A stretch of 64,000 nt of DNA from the IMG/VR virus record IMGVR_UViG_3300037722_000745, positions 259,175 to 323,174 of that record, one strand, 5' to 3'. This DNA is from a virus (Duplodnaviria; Caudoviricetes). Under the pieces are notes generated by a model. That model ran no database searches. It was not told the DNA's origin and was given only the letters and a program-made list of their open reading frames with translations. Within the stretch, counting starts at the first letter, position 1. The number at the start of each line of letters is the position of its first letter. Made by a program: the position numbers and the translations under genes. Positions 38,786 to 48,292 of the stretch are shown piece by piece.

Positions 38786-39268
38786 TCAAGAGTGGGACTG
38801 CAAGCTCTGCAACGTTGTGTAGGCCGAGTGCAGTTTAATGCTCGTCTCCAGCATCTCGTCGAGCGAATCCACTATGTAGATGTTCGGGGCGTTTAACTCC
38901 CGCAAGTGTCCTAACGCAAGCTCGCGGCTTCGTAGCGATGCCTTACCCCGGTCTGGGTCGGTCAGACGAGGGTGTAGCTCAGTCTCGATGTAGAAGACGA
39001 AGCTGCGGTTCTTGTTCTGCCGCGTGGCCTTAAGCGGTGCAAAGCCCAGCTCGGATAGGGACCCCTCTGCGTAAGACCAACCAAGAATTGGGAACAGGAT
39101 GACCTCATCTTCAGCTAGGTTCCGAGCCTCGTCAGCCACGAGTCCTGGGTGCCAATCATCCACCATCGGATTGAAGAACTCGATGCCTAGTTCTTGATAC
39201 TTGGCCATGAAGGGGTCCCGCCAGCGGTTATTGTCACAAGTGCCAAAAAGTCCGATGCGAATGGTCAT
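38786..39268 (-). CDS. Nucleoside 2-deoxyribosyltransferase-like (Nuc_deoxyri_tr2-type) protein
   Basis: LFGTC...WR...FFNPMVDDW...SLSELG. Confidence 0.75.
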   Translation of the reverse strand: MTIRIGLFGTCDNNRWRDPFMAKYQELGIEFFNPMVDDWHPGLVADEARNLAEDEVILFPILGWSYAEGSLSELGFAPLKATRQNKNRSFVFYIETELHPRLTDPDRGKASLRSRELALGHLRELNAPNIYIVDSLDEMLETSIKLHSAYTTLQSLQSHS

Positions 39269-39398
39269 AGAGGATCTCCGTGATGGTTAGTACACTGTCT
39301 CACTTTTGGGCACAGAGAGTGCTACACCGTTCTTAGTGGTGTAGAAATTTTGAGAATTAGGCTTAGAATCCTAAGGGCAGGGTTGTAATACCAGTGAT

Positions 39399-39866
39399 AT
39401 GAGAGTCCGCACACTCAAGCAGCTCGGAAAGCTGATCAACGATCTCGATAACGGCTACCTCGCCACCGTCCGGCAGAGCCAGTCAAGCACCGACACCAAG
39501 ATCCCCGGGACCCGGATGCTCCGACCGGGCCGGGGGCGCCGCGGACTGCAACTTTGCGTATTCGACCCGAGCAAGAATCTCGTCTTGGAGCACGACACGT
39601 CCGAGACGGACCGCACCGTAGAAGAGGCTGTAGTCAAGGCCGTTGAGCTGTTCGGCGACAAGCTCAACGTGGACCCAGACGAGGTGCTCCAGGTCGGGGA
39701 CTACGTTCGTGTGTCCGACTTCGGGGAGTTCTACGGGACAGTCTCAAAGGTGACGATGCGCAAGGGATCGAAGACGCGGGTCTCGAAATACCACGTCAAG
39801 CTTTCGCGCAACGGGAACATCTGCACCTTCCCATCGAGAAAAGTTTTCAAACTTCAGTGGAGTTAA
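39399..39866 (+). CDS. Hypothetical protein with C-terminal SH3/KOW-like segment
   Basis: TGTAAT 9 nt before ATG; LQVGDYVRV...YGTV. Confidence 0.7.
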   Translation: MRVRTLKQLGKLINDLDNGYLATVRQSQSSTDTKIPGTRMLRPGRGRRGLQLCVFDPSKNLVLEHDTSETDRTVEEAVVKAVELFGDKLNVDPDEVLQVGDYVRVSDFGEFYGTVSKVTMRKGSKTRVSKYHVKLSRNGNICTFPSRKVFKLQWS

Positions 39867-39867
39867 G

Positions 39868-40068
39868 GTGCGTAAGCCAACCTGGAAACAAGATACTCCG
39901 AAAGAGCAGGCAGTTGCGCTCATTGCTGCTGCGCGTGGTTGGTTGAGCAACCTCGAAGATGGAACAAACGACCCGGTAGATGTCGCTAAAGCCGTAAACT
40001 GCGTGTTAGATGACCTTCTAGCGCTCACGCGGAACAACATGCAGCAAGCTTGGTCCCCCAATGACTGA
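39868..40068 (+). CDS. Small hypothetical protein
   Basis: Operon-coupled. Confidence 0.55.
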   Translation: MRKPTWKQDTPKEQAVALIAAARGWLSNLEDGTNDPVDVAKAVNCVLDDLLALTRNNMQQAWSPND

Positions 40069-40765
40069 ACACAAGGTTAAGACCAGCATTTTGAAGACCA
40101 GCGAGGAGGTCGCCATCGAGGCCATTCAGGTAGGCCCTAACGTAGAGGTCCGACGAGTCACCACTGTTCGGACCTCCGGCGACGATACAACTACAAAGGT
40201 ACTAGAGTCCATCGTCTACACCGGCGAGACCCCCAACAAAGACTTCGGACAGTTCTACGTGGTGCCGCCGTCGCTTCCCGAGAAGCTCCGCCTCACGGGT
40301 TGGTTCGCGGATCGTGATGATTACAAGCTGCTCTCCAAGACCCCCTTCACGCACGTCCTCAACGGTGAGCCCTACGTCGTCATCCGGCTCAAGTCCTACG
40401 ACCTCACCATGTTCGATGTAGAAGGGCAGCCCCTTCCGATCGCGATGCCCTTCTGCTACTATATCGACGATAACGTCTTTTATCTCCAAGACGGCCCCGG
40501 GCTGTGCGCTGGCTTGATAGACCACCTCAAGACCCGTGCGGACGTGACACTCATCGCGCCGCAGCACGCCGACGAGGGTGATTTCATTCACAAGACCCCG
40601 CCGGACTACCACTTAAAATTCATCTGGCATCCGGACGTGGAGACCTACCGCCGTTTCCGAGCTGAGTTGGGCGATGAGGACTGGAGGCGCTACGAGCTGG
40701 CTTACACATACATGGGGGTAAACGACGCTTTCAGACTCCAGGAGGGGCGACAGGAGGAAGGTTAG
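40061..40765 (+). CDS. Hypothetical protein
   Basis: 234 aa; codon bias. Confidence 0.7.
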   Translation: MTEHKVKTSILKTSEEVAIEAIQVGPNVEVRRVTTVRTSGDDTTTKVLESIVYTGETPNKDFGQFYVVPPSLPEKLRLTGWFADRDDYKLLSKTPFTHVLNGEPYVVIRLKSYDLTMFDVEGQPLPIAMPFCYYIDDNVFYLQDGPGLCAGLIDHLKTRADVTLIAPQHADEGDFIHKTPPDYHLKFIWHPDVETYRRFRAELGDEDWRRYELAYTYMGVNDAFRLQEGRQEEG

Positions 40766-40843
40766 ATCGTCGTCTCAAGCTTTTTGGTTTTAGAATTCTA
40801 CGGTCTGGATTGTAATACCAAGGCAACACCAAGAGGACACACC

Positions 40844-41296
40844 ATGACACCATCGAGACCGAATACGAGTTCAGTCATACAGAAAATCGAGGTTCCGGGC
40901 GTCGGTCAGGACGACGACACGATCGCCCCCCATGTGGAACTCGTCGGCGAGAGACTCCGTGGTGGAGGCAACAGCAATACCCACTACGTCGTACGTCCAG
41001 ACACTACCACGCGGCCAGACGGAATAATCCTACCTCGAGATATCGAAGCCGCGCGAACGGTCATCGGATACCTGTCGGGCATGCACTTCGCACCCACGAA
41101 GGATCCATATGTGACTGCCGTCCAGCACGGGCGTGCCGCCATCGATGAGATCACCCGAGCGGCAGCGAGCGCATACGCAGGCGCCACCGGGAGCCCAGCC
41201 GGAAGACTAGCACGGAGTCAAGCGATCAGGTCGCTGCGTCTCGCCATCGAGGCAATCGAGTCGGAATTCCACACCACCAGGAAAATGGGTGCGTGA
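40844..41296 (+). CDS. Hypothetical protein
   Basis: Class A motif plus gagga RBS. Confidence 0.6.
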   Translation: MTPSRPNTSSVIQKIEVPGVGQDDDTIAPHVELVGERLRGGGNSNTHYVVRPDTTTRPDGIILPRDIEAARTVIGYLSGMHFAPTKDPYVTAVQHGRAAIDEITRAAASAYAGATGSPAGRLARSQAIRSLRLAIEAIESEFHTTRKMGA

Positions 41297-41505
41297 AGGA
41301 CATACTCGAGCGAGCCCGAAAGAGGCCGGCCTTATTCACTCACATGCGGACGGGCAGCATTCGTGAGGCCCCTCACAACAATCCCGTTCTAGGTCCTATC
41401 AAGCTCTTCAGGGCCCATACTCTTTGTGGGCGGGAGCTGCCGTCAACCACCTCGACCCAGGACCCGGACAAGGTGAACTGCCCTCTCTGTAAAGAACACC
41501 TGTGA
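41293..41505 (+). CDS. Small Cys/His protein
   Basis: HTLCG...VNCPLC. Confidence 0.55.
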   Translation: MKDILERARKRPALFTHMRTGSIREAPHNNPVLGPIKLFRAHTLCGRELPSTTSTQDPDKVNCPLCKEHL

Positions 41506-41587
41506 AGACTTACAACTTTTTTGATGTGTCGAGGGGGAATTTCCGGATCTCGGCACATATAAGGCCCCTAGAGGGCCAGCATCTACA

Positions 41588-41950
41588 ATGGCCCGTAACC
41601 CGATTGACAGTCCCATGGCGACCGAAACCAATCCAGCCCTCGTAGCCCTGTCCGAACGGCTCATTGACCTCCAAAGCAGACGTCTCATCGCGATCCGGGA
41701 AGGTTTGAAGGTGGCTCTACAAAACCCCGCCTTCTCCGACAACGATCGCACGCGACTACGTCAAGCGGAGGCCACTCTCAGCAACTATTGCGAGGGTCTG
41801 GTGAGACCCTACAACGAAATCCAAGCCGGACGCCTACTAGACGTGCACGAGGCCCTCCTGGCTGTCTCCGAATCCTCAGAACTCAAGGACCTTGTCCAAG
41901 ACTTCGAATCTTACTGCCAATCTCTGGACCGCGGGCTGGGACGGCACTGA
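41588..41950 (+). CDS. Helical hypothetical protein
   Basis: 120 aa ORF. Confidence 0.6.
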   Translation: MARNPIDSPMATETNPALVALSERLIDLQSRRLIAIREGLKVALQNPAFSDNDRTRLRQAEATLSNYCEGLVRPYNEIQAGRLLDVHEALLAVSESSELKDLVQDFESYCQSLDRGLGRH

Positions 41951-41953
41951 AAC

Positions 41954-42163
41954 ATGAAACGAATCCTGCTCGTAGCTTTGCTAGGCTTCCCGTTGGGAGC
42001 ACTAGCCCATGGGCCGCGTGACCACCAGCGGGACGTGATGCAGTGCTGGCACGACGCTGGACAAGACCGCACTCATTGCAAACTCAAAGCTCGTAGCTCG
42101 AAAGAACACTCTGCATGTGAGCGGACTTACCGTGAGACCCTACGCCGTTGTCGAAAGTTTTAG
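41954..42163 (+). CDS. Small exported Cys-containing protein
   Basis: Signal peptide MKRILLVALLGFPLGALA; 4 Cys. Confidence 0.6.
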   Translation: MKRILLVALLGFPLGALAHGPRDHQRDVMQCWHDAGQDRTHCKLKARSSKEHSACERTYRETLRRCRKF

Positions 42164-42241
42164 GGTTGAGGCTCCCTCAGTTGTAATACCTACAGACTGA
42201 AAGTAACGCCTGACACCGGCCTCACGCGCGAGGAGATCGAG

Positions 42242-42901
42242 ATGAGTTACGAATTCAAGACGGCCTCTGAGCTGCTCCAACTGGCCTTCGACCTTGTCTA
42301 TTTCCGGCCCGAGGAAGATCTCCTCCAATACCAATGGGCGGAAAGCTCCAAGAGTCGGTTTGTCGTGGTCGTGGGGGAGAACGCCTCGGGTAAGAGCGTC
42401 CTACGCCGCATCCTGTCAGCACTGGCTGCACGGGCTAAGGTCGAAGCCATTCCTATATCCATGGAACACCGCCAAACAGGAGGCATCGAGCGATCTTTTA
42501 TCTACGGCAGCGAGACCTACGACGCCACGGGTAAAAACTCTGCCCAAACCGTGCTCTCTGGAATCACAACCTGTCAAGGTCGAAACAAGGATCACATCAT
42601 CATCTGGGATGAGCCAGACCTCGGGCTGTCCGAAGCGTGGTCTCGGAGTATGGGCCAGACGCTACGAGGCTTCGCTGAGAGCCCTCCTACTCATACGCTG
42701 GCTGCCGTGGTCGTCACCCATAGCAAGCCGCTCCTACGCGAGCTGGTGGCCGCCAAACCACACTTCGTTCACCTCGGAGATCAAGAATTTGGATCCCTTG
42801 AAGAATGGCTCGAGTATGAGGCTCCTATCCGACCCCTGGAAGAACTGATTGAGGACGGCCACCGTCGATTCAAGAAATTGACTAGGGTTTTGAAGAGTTG
42901 A
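42242..42901 (+). CDS. Stand-alone ABC-like ATPase
   Basis: GENASGKS, IIIWDEPD, VTHS. Confidence 0.8.
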   Translation: MSYEFKTASELLQLAFDLVYFRPEEDLLQYQWAESSKSRFVVVVGENASGKSVLRRILSALAARAKVEAIPISMEHRQTGGIERSFIYGSETYDATGKNSAQTVLSGITTCQGRNKDHIIIWDEPDLGLSEAWSRSMGQTLRGFAESPPTHTLAAVVVTHSKPLLRELVAAKPHFVHLGDQEFGSLEEWLEYEAPIRPLEELIEDGHRRFKKLTRVLKS

Positions 42902-42902
42902 C

Positions 42903-43106
42903 ATGGATCAAGACGAATGGATCAGATGGGTGAGGATTGAGTTGGGCGCCGCGGGCGTTGTGTTGGCGATCACATTGGGTGCGGTCTTTTCCCTGGAGCA
43001 GGTCCCATGGTACTTAACGATCGTTCTACCCTTGTTCGTTGTCGTGTGTGGGGAGATCGCTAGGGATACCGTGGTTCTCGAACGCAAGAATCGGGGGGAG
43101 AAGTGA
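42903..43106 (+). CDS. Small 2-TM membrane protein
   Basis: Two hydrophobic segments. Confidence 0.6.
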   Translation: MDQDEWIRWVRIELGAAGVVLAITLGAVFSLEQVPWYLTIVLPLFVVVCGEIARDTVVLERKNRGEK

Positions 43107-43408
43107 AGGCTACAGACGAATTTCTACCCATCGCGATGCCGGAAACCGGTCAGTACTTGGGTTTGCGTACCACTGACGGTGGGGAACCAGAGCCCTCATT
43201 GCTAGTTACGGTCAACGAAGGACAGCCCCTTGATCCCAGAGAGGATCTTGTGCAATTAGTGCCTCAGGAAGGCAGCCCTACTTACACGGTTCGAACCGTT
43301 CTCAAAGGGCGTCGACCCAACCACAAGGGGCCGGCCCAGGTAGCGACGCCCACGTACCGACGTAACTTCGACCGCGTCTTCGGGCAGCAGAAGGACCTTC
43401 CCAACTGA
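43103..43408 (+). CDS. Hypothetical protein
   Basis: GTGA overlap. Confidence 0.6.
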   Translation: MKATDEFLPIAMPETGQYLGLRTTDGGEPEPSLLVTVNEGQPLDPREDLVQLVPQEGSPTYTVRTVLKGRRPNHKGPAQVATPTYRRNFDRVFGQQKDLPN

Positions 43409-43418
43409 AGTAGGAACC

Positions 43419-43985
43419 ATGTCAAACGGTATTCGAGTCAGCAACTTTCCGCCCATGATCGACCTACGACCCATCTGTCGCGACTCGGATCAATTCACGA
43501 CAACCGTCTACCTTGTCCACCCCTACGAGGGGAAAGAACCTTGGCTCATTCTTGGGCTGTCCAGCCTAAACCGACGAGACGGGCGGAATTCCCACCGGTG
43601 GGACCTGAGGGCTCGCCTCGGGGCCGAAAGCCCCGAGCGTGGGGTTCCTACTGATTTCGAGCATGACAACGCATACGCAGCCTGGCTGCCGTTGATCGCA
43701 GTCAGCTTTGACATGGTCATGGAGAGAATTTTCGTATTCACTGCTCACATTGACCCGACTCCAAACCTCTCAGATTTCCGTGTACCGGATCCTGACTACG
43801 ACCCACGCAAGCACCCAAACGCCTTCGAGTGTGAAGATGAAAGCTGCACCTCGCTCCAAGAAGGCCGACCGCACACTATCGTGCCTGAAGGATTCTACTC
43901 GCCGCCATTCAATCACGAATTGCACGAGAAGGTGAGGGGCTGGCAGGTCGAGATCTGGATAGACCTCCAAACAACGAGTGTTTGA
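43419..43985 (+). CDS. Hypothetical protein
   Basis: 188 aa; agga RBS. Confidence 0.65.
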   Translation: MSNGIRVSNFPPMIDLRPICRDSDQFTTTVYLVHPYEGKEPWLILGLSSLNRRDGRNSHRWDLRARLGAESPERGVPTDFEHDNAYAAWLPLIAVSFDMVMERIFVFTAHIDPTPNLSDFRVPDPDYDPRKHPNAFECEDESCTSLQEGRPHTIVPEGFYSPPFNHELHEKVRGWQVEIWIDLQTTSV

Positions 43986-44203
43986 TGGATGACTGGGAAC
44001 CACAACCCCCGCGGGCAGAAGGTGACGGCGCAGTAAGCCTCAAGCGCAGGCCGGATGGGGGTTTCTACCTGAATGTCGCTCAGGATGGGGAAGAGCGGTG
44101 TGTCCGCATGTCCACGTACAACGCCTGGCGCGTGTTCGCGATGTTCGCTACGATGTTGGGCGTGCCCATCCCGAAACGCATCGCCAAAACGATCTTCCTA
44201 TGA
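43985..44203 (+). CDS. Small hypothetical protein
   Basis: TGATG coupling. Confidence 0.55.
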   Translation: MDDWEPQPPRAEGDGAVSLKRRPDGGFYLNVAQDGEERCVRMSTYNAWRVFAMFATMLGVPIPKRIAKTIFL

Positions 44204-44391
44204 GTGCCGACAACTTCATCGCCCTGCTCATCACGCCCGCCGAAGACGGTGGCAAAGAGTACCGGGTCACGATCCTCCAGGACTCCGACTCCTACGGCGA
44301 GGAAGGCTTCGCGCTGCTCTACCAACAGGGGCGTAGAGATCACCTCATAAATGACGCTCGGGAACTGTGGGCCGGCAGCAATTCTGTCTGA
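44200..44391 (+). CDS. Small hypothetical protein
   Basis: ATGA overlap. Confidence 0.5.
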   Translation: MSADNFIALLITPAEDGGKEYRVTILQDSDSYGEEGFALLYQQGRRDHLINDARELWAGSNSV

Positions 44392-44716
44392 ACACGAAGC
44401 TTGGGTAGAGATCGACCGCATCTTTAGGAGCGAGGCCATCGAGCACGGCGCTCAGACGTTTGAGCTGGACGAACCATTCGCCCCGGACCCTCTGAGGCCG
44501 TTCGCTCTCAAGTTGCTTCAAGCCTACCAACCCGACGTCTACGAGTTTCCCAAGACCAAGGCGCAATTCCGGGACTCCATTGAGCTGTGGCGACGTGGCT
44601 ACCTGCATCGCGTGCTAGACACCACGCCTTTCGAAGGCAAGGAACAGCACTCATACCGCCGTACGGCTGCCGGGACACAGCTCGCCGAAGCTCACTCGTC
44701 GTCCGACAGCAAGTGA
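44351..44716 (+). CDS. Hypothetical protein
   Basis: 121 aa ORF; start uncertain. Confidence 0.5.
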   Translation: MTLGNCGPAAILSEHEAWVEIDRIFRSEAIEHGAQTFELDEPFAPDPLRPFALKLLQAYQPDVYEFPKTKAQFRDSIELWRRGYLHRVLDTTPFEGKEQHSYRRTAAGTQLAEAHSSSDSK

Positions 44717-44792
44717 TCCCACCGCTCTCTGCAACGGCCACGACGGGAACAACTGCGACCATCAGGACAAGTTATACAACCGTGGAAGGGCA

Positions 44793-45290
44793 TTAAATCT
44801 CGCTGACCTTCGGCACCTTGAAGGGTGGCGCCTCCTGCCCCTGTCGGAGCACAAAACGACTCCGGTACTTGTCGTCCGGCCACAGAACGATCTCATTCCA
44901 CTGGGAGCAGCGTCGATGGTGTCGAGTCCCGTGGAGAAGCGAGACGTACTCGACTTCCAGCTCTCCTGTGTCGGCGCTGAGTCCGAGACCCTCCGACAGG
45001 TATATTCCGCCTTTGAAGTGATCCCAGATCCCGTGCTTCATGTCCGGTCCTGCCTTGGATACCCAGCCGAAATGCAGTGTCTCCAACAAACCCTCAATCA
45101 GATTTGCCTCATCGGTCGTGGGTTCCAGAGTGTATGCTTCGCAGAATCTCTGAATGAACGAAGGACTCCCATGTTCCCTAGGCTGCCGTACGATCTCATG
45201 CACGGTGTTGAAGAACTTGATGCTGGGGGATCCAGGCTGACCCAAGAATCCGTACAGCGTTCCGTACAGATCAATTGAAAGTGTTGCCAT
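44793..45290 (-). CDS. DUF1653-like domain protein
   Basis: WDHFKGGIY...TGELEVEYVSL. Confidence 0.65.
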   Translation of the reverse strand: MATLSIDLYGTLYGFLGQPGSPSIKFFNTVHEIVRQPREHGSPSFIQRFCEAYTLEPTTDEANLIEGLLETLHFGWVSKAGPDMKHGIWDHFKGGIYLSEGLGLSADTGELEVEYVSLLHGTRHHRRCSQWNEIVLWPDDKYRSRFVLRQGQEAPPFKVPKVSEI

Positions 45291-45321
45291 ATTGAAACCT
45301 GTGTTCGGTGTAGAGCCTGGT

Positions 45322-45645
45322 ATGGACAACCACGCTACAGCTCAGGAAATTGTACACCGACTCAACACCATGATCGAAGACGACGAACGTGGTCCTCAGC
45401 TCGGTGTGCGTGATCTTCTACACAGGATGTGTGAAACACGATTACCTGTTTCTCCTGAGTTGGCAGCGGAACACTCCACAATCCAAGCAGGCCCCAACAG
45501 CACTGTCGGGTTGCTGGGAGTCCTCAACGGGATCTGTGGAGCATGGTCTGACGGCTACGGTCTTATCGCGGGCGTTTTTGATGAAGATGGCAAGTTAGTA
45601 AGATTCGTTATGACTCGTTACGAATCGACGTCATTGGTTGTTTGA
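45322..45645 (+). CDS. Hypothetical protein
   Basis: CGGTGTAGA 7 nt before ATG 45322. Confidence 0.7.
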   Translation: MDNHATAQEIVHRLNTMIEDDERGPQLGVRDLLHRMCETRLPVSPELAAEHSTIQAGPNSTVGLLGVLNGICGAWSDGYGLIAGVFDEDGKLVRFVMTRYESTSLVV

Positions 45646-45850
45646 TAGCTGCTGCGAGATCCTGATTCGCGCCAAGTCTATTGCAACTGTCCCACCGGAC
45701 AAGGCGTTGCGTGCTCGCGAGAGAGACCCTATGCAAGTTGCGCGTTTCCCTATGGTCTCGTGCTCGCAGTGTGGTCGCGGCTTCGGCCCCGGTGACCATG
45801 GGTTTTCCCACTGCGACAGCCACGAGGGTATGCCCGTGTTCGAGGACTAG
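45638..45850 (+). CDS. Small zinc-binding protein
   Basis: CSQCG...HCDSH; start uncertain. Confidence 0.5.
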   Translation: MFDSCCEILIRAKSIATVPPDKALRARERDPMQVARFPMVSCSQCGRGFGPGDHGFSHCDSHEGMPVFED

Positions 45851-45975
45851 TCCGGTAAAACCCTGATAGGACGCCAAGGGCATGTCCTACCCGAGGGAAA
45901 CGATCGGCCAGCGCATGCTGTACCGAACGTTCTGCTTCATGGGTTGGGTTCTAGACAGGCTGGAGGATCGCCGAC

Positions 45976-46509
45976 GTGAGCGAGAGATCTGAACGAGTCG
46001 CCACCCGCTTCCTACAAGCGAAGACCTACGCCAAGGCCAAAGATGACATCATGGCCTACCTCGACAAGAAGGGGTGGAAGGTTCAAAAGGGGCTCAAGGT
46101 CCCGCACGCGACTTCTCCCGACGGCGACCTGCGTCTCTGGTTCAAGGGACAGTCGATCCACACGAGCGAAGGCAACAACCACAGCCTGGGTAGTGCTCGT
46201 TCCTACACGGGCTACGACACCGCGATGTCCAAGCGCACGGACATCCGCAACACGACGCCCGAGGCGTTCCATGCGGGGCTCAAGAAGGACTACCCACGAG
46301 TCGACGTTGGCAAAGTCGAAGCGCCGAAGAAGGACGATGGGGGTGGTGGTAAAGGCGGATCTCGCGAGGACTTCCTCAAGTCGGTTGGGGACCGCATGGT
46401 ACCCAACCCGAATCCCGGCAGCCGCAAGCAACACCCGCAGGTGAAGATCCGCTCACTCGACTGGGAGCACCAAAAGCCCTTCTACGAGAAGTGGAAAGCG
46501 AAGGACTAG
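45976..46509 (+). CDS. Basic protein with RVxxRFLxAKT N-terminal motif
   Basis: MSERSERVATRFLQAKT; GGAGG RBS. Confidence 0.75.
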   Translation: MSERSERVATRFLQAKTYAKAKDDIMAYLDKKGWKVQKGLKVPHATSPDGDLRLWFKGQSIHTSEGNNHSLGSARSYTGYDTAMSKRTDIRNTTPEAFHAGLKKDYPRVDVGKVEAPKKDDGGGGKGGSREDFLKSVGDRMVPNPNPGSRKQHPQVKIRSLDWEHQKPFYEKWKAKD

Positions 46510-46751
46510 TCGTCGTCCCACTCGATCTCGGTGCGACCCTCCACGTTCTCCCACTGGCCGTCCTTTTCCATCGCGGCTAAAAACTCGTCGGTCTTCAGAT
46601 GGGCCTCGAAGTAGCCCCGAGCCTCCTCCCGGGTCTTGCCCGCGAACGTATGCGTGACCGCCGGGTAGGAAGAGTCCCCCTCGTAGATCCGATGGATCAT
46701 TCGTACGGTTTTTGCGGCAAGGTGTCGCCGCACCACACGTTGGGCGTCCAT
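46506..46751 (-). CDS. Small protein with RVxxRHLxAKT N-terminal motif
   Basis: MDAQRVVRRHLAAKT. Confidence 0.7.
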   Translation of the reverse strand: MDAQRVVRRHLAAKTVRMIHRIYEGDSSYPAVTHTFAGKTREEARGYFEAHLKTDEFLAAMEKDGQWENVEGRTEIEWDDD

Positions 46752-46774
46752 ACCCTGGCGAACGCATCGAAGAA

Positions 46775-46984
46775 CTAGGAGGGCAGCGTGAAGTGTTGGG
46801 CCAGCTCGCGTGTGATGTCAGCCTCGGTCTCACCTCCGACCAAGACGAGCCGCCCCTCGATCCCGAACTCCGCTAGATCCACTACGATCGGCTTTCCCTC
46901 TACGAGCTTTTCGCAGTTCAGCCGCGACAGACCGAGAATTGCCATACGTTTGTTGTCCGAGGCGATTGCGCCGGCTTTGACCAT
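46775..46984 (-). CDS. Small hypothetical protein
   Basis: GGTGTAA 8 nt before ATG. Confidence 0.65.
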   Translation of the reverse strand: MVKAGAIASDNKRMAILGLSRLNCEKLVEGKPIVVDLAEFGIEGRLVLVGGETEADITRELAQHFTLPS

Positions 46985-47022
46985 GGGTCCAGCTTACACC
47001 AAAAAGTGGTGTAGATAGGGTA

Positions 47023-47613
47023 ATGGCGGTAAACCAAGCTCCGGAGCTGCTACAGCCCTATGCCTGGGTGTTGACTCCGCAGAATCCCGGATTCCTTGCT
47101 GAGATTTTAGAGTTCCCTGGTTGCACTGCAAAGGGCGACTCGCCAGAAGAGGCTATTCAGAATCTCGTCAAGGTCGCTGAACGCTGGATCGAGGCGCAGC
47201 ATGCCGAGGGCAAGAACATCCCGCCCCCGCTCACGAACTACGACACCCGGGGTCAATTCGCATTACGCCTTCCCGGTTCGCTCTACAACAAGGTGCGGGT
47301 CGTAGCTGCCCGAGAGAAGATCAGCACCAATGCGCTCATCACCTTGTGCTTGAGTGAGTTCATGGGCTTTCTGACCGGCCAGACAACACAGCGCAGGCTG
47401 CCTTCCGGAGCCCACGAGACGCTCGAAATTCAGGCCCACTACGACACGGACGAAAAACAGATCGTGCTCCGTGTCGACGGCCCTTCCCAACCGCTGTCCG
47501 TGCGCGTGAAGCTCTCTGGAGACACCCCGGTGTTCGTCGAGCTGGCGCAAGACGAAGAGCACCCGGTTCGACTCTTCCCTGGCTCAGACCTCAACCTGGA
47601 CTTCAATCGATGA
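47023..47613 (+). CDS. hicB: HicB-family antitoxin with C-terminal extension
   Basis: AEILEFPGCTAKGDSPEEAIQNL plus GQFALRLPGSLY RHH; no hicA adjacent. Confidence 0.85.
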   Translation: MAVNQAPELLQPYAWVLTPQNPGFLAEILEFPGCTAKGDSPEEAIQNLVKVAERWIEAQHAEGKNIPPPLTNYDTRGQFALRLPGSLYNKVRVVAAREKISTNALITLCLSEFMGFLTGQTTQRRLPSGAHETLEIQAHYDTDEKQIVLRVDGPSQPLSVRVKLSGDTPVFVELAQDEEHPVRLFPGSDLNLDFNR

Positions 47614-47807
47614 CCGTACGCATCGTGTACGAGCCCCTCACGTTCACCGCCTTCAGCACCGAGATGGGAACCCACGATCGGGTGTGGGTCTATCCGATGC
47701 GCTACGAAGTCCAGGTTCCAATCGTCTACCTCGACGACTACGCTGCGTCGGCCTCTTTCTTCACCTTCAACAACGCCTGTGAGAACGAGGGCCAGAACAA
47801 CTCGTAG
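47610..47807 (+). CDS. Small hypothetical protein
   Basis: ATGA overlap. Confidence 0.45.
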   Translation: MTVRIVYEPLTFTAFSTEMGTHDRVWVYPMRYEVQVPIVYLDDYAASASFFTFNNACENEGQNNS

Positions 47808-48292
47808 AGATGCTGGAAGTCCGCGAGCCGCGGACCCGGTTTCTCACGGACGTACTCGTGTGTGTCCGTGAATAGCTCGGTATCACGCATCCAGTCGTAG
47901 AAGTCACCCTCATGCTCGATGCCGCTCGAAACCAGCTCCCACTCCTGGCGGGCTTGCTTGGCGGTGCAACCCCCGGCGCGGCGGGTCTGGAGGATCTCGT
48001 TGCGGATGTACTTCGTGGTTGCCTCGGGGTCGAACTCACGATCGCGACCACCTACGAGTTTGCCGGCCGCGTAGCCCATATCGAGCCCAGCCAAGAAGCT
48101 GTAAAAACAAGGCCCCGGGTGCGTCCAAGCAAAGGCGTAGCCGCCGTAGGAACTCTCGATCGCTAGGCTGTAGTGGTTCGGCTGCGGGTCGACCGTGAAC
48201 TTGGCGTACTCGTATCCGATCCGAAGGTCGAAGATGGTTACGGTTCGCTTCGTGACCGTCACCTTGCGAGATCGTTTCCCCATTGCAACCAC
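47738..48292 (-). CDS. Hypothetical phage protein
   Basis: 184 aa; codon bias. Confidence 0.65.
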   Translation of the reverse strand: MVAMGKRSRKVTVTKRTVTIFDLRIGYEYAKFTVDPQPNHYSLAIESSYGGYAFAWTHPGPCFYSFLAGLDMGYAAGKLVGGRDREFDPEATTKYIRNEILQTRRAGGCTAKQARQEWELVSSGIEHEGDFYDWMRDTELFTDTHEYVREKPGPRLADFQHLYELFWPSFSQALLKVKKEADAA

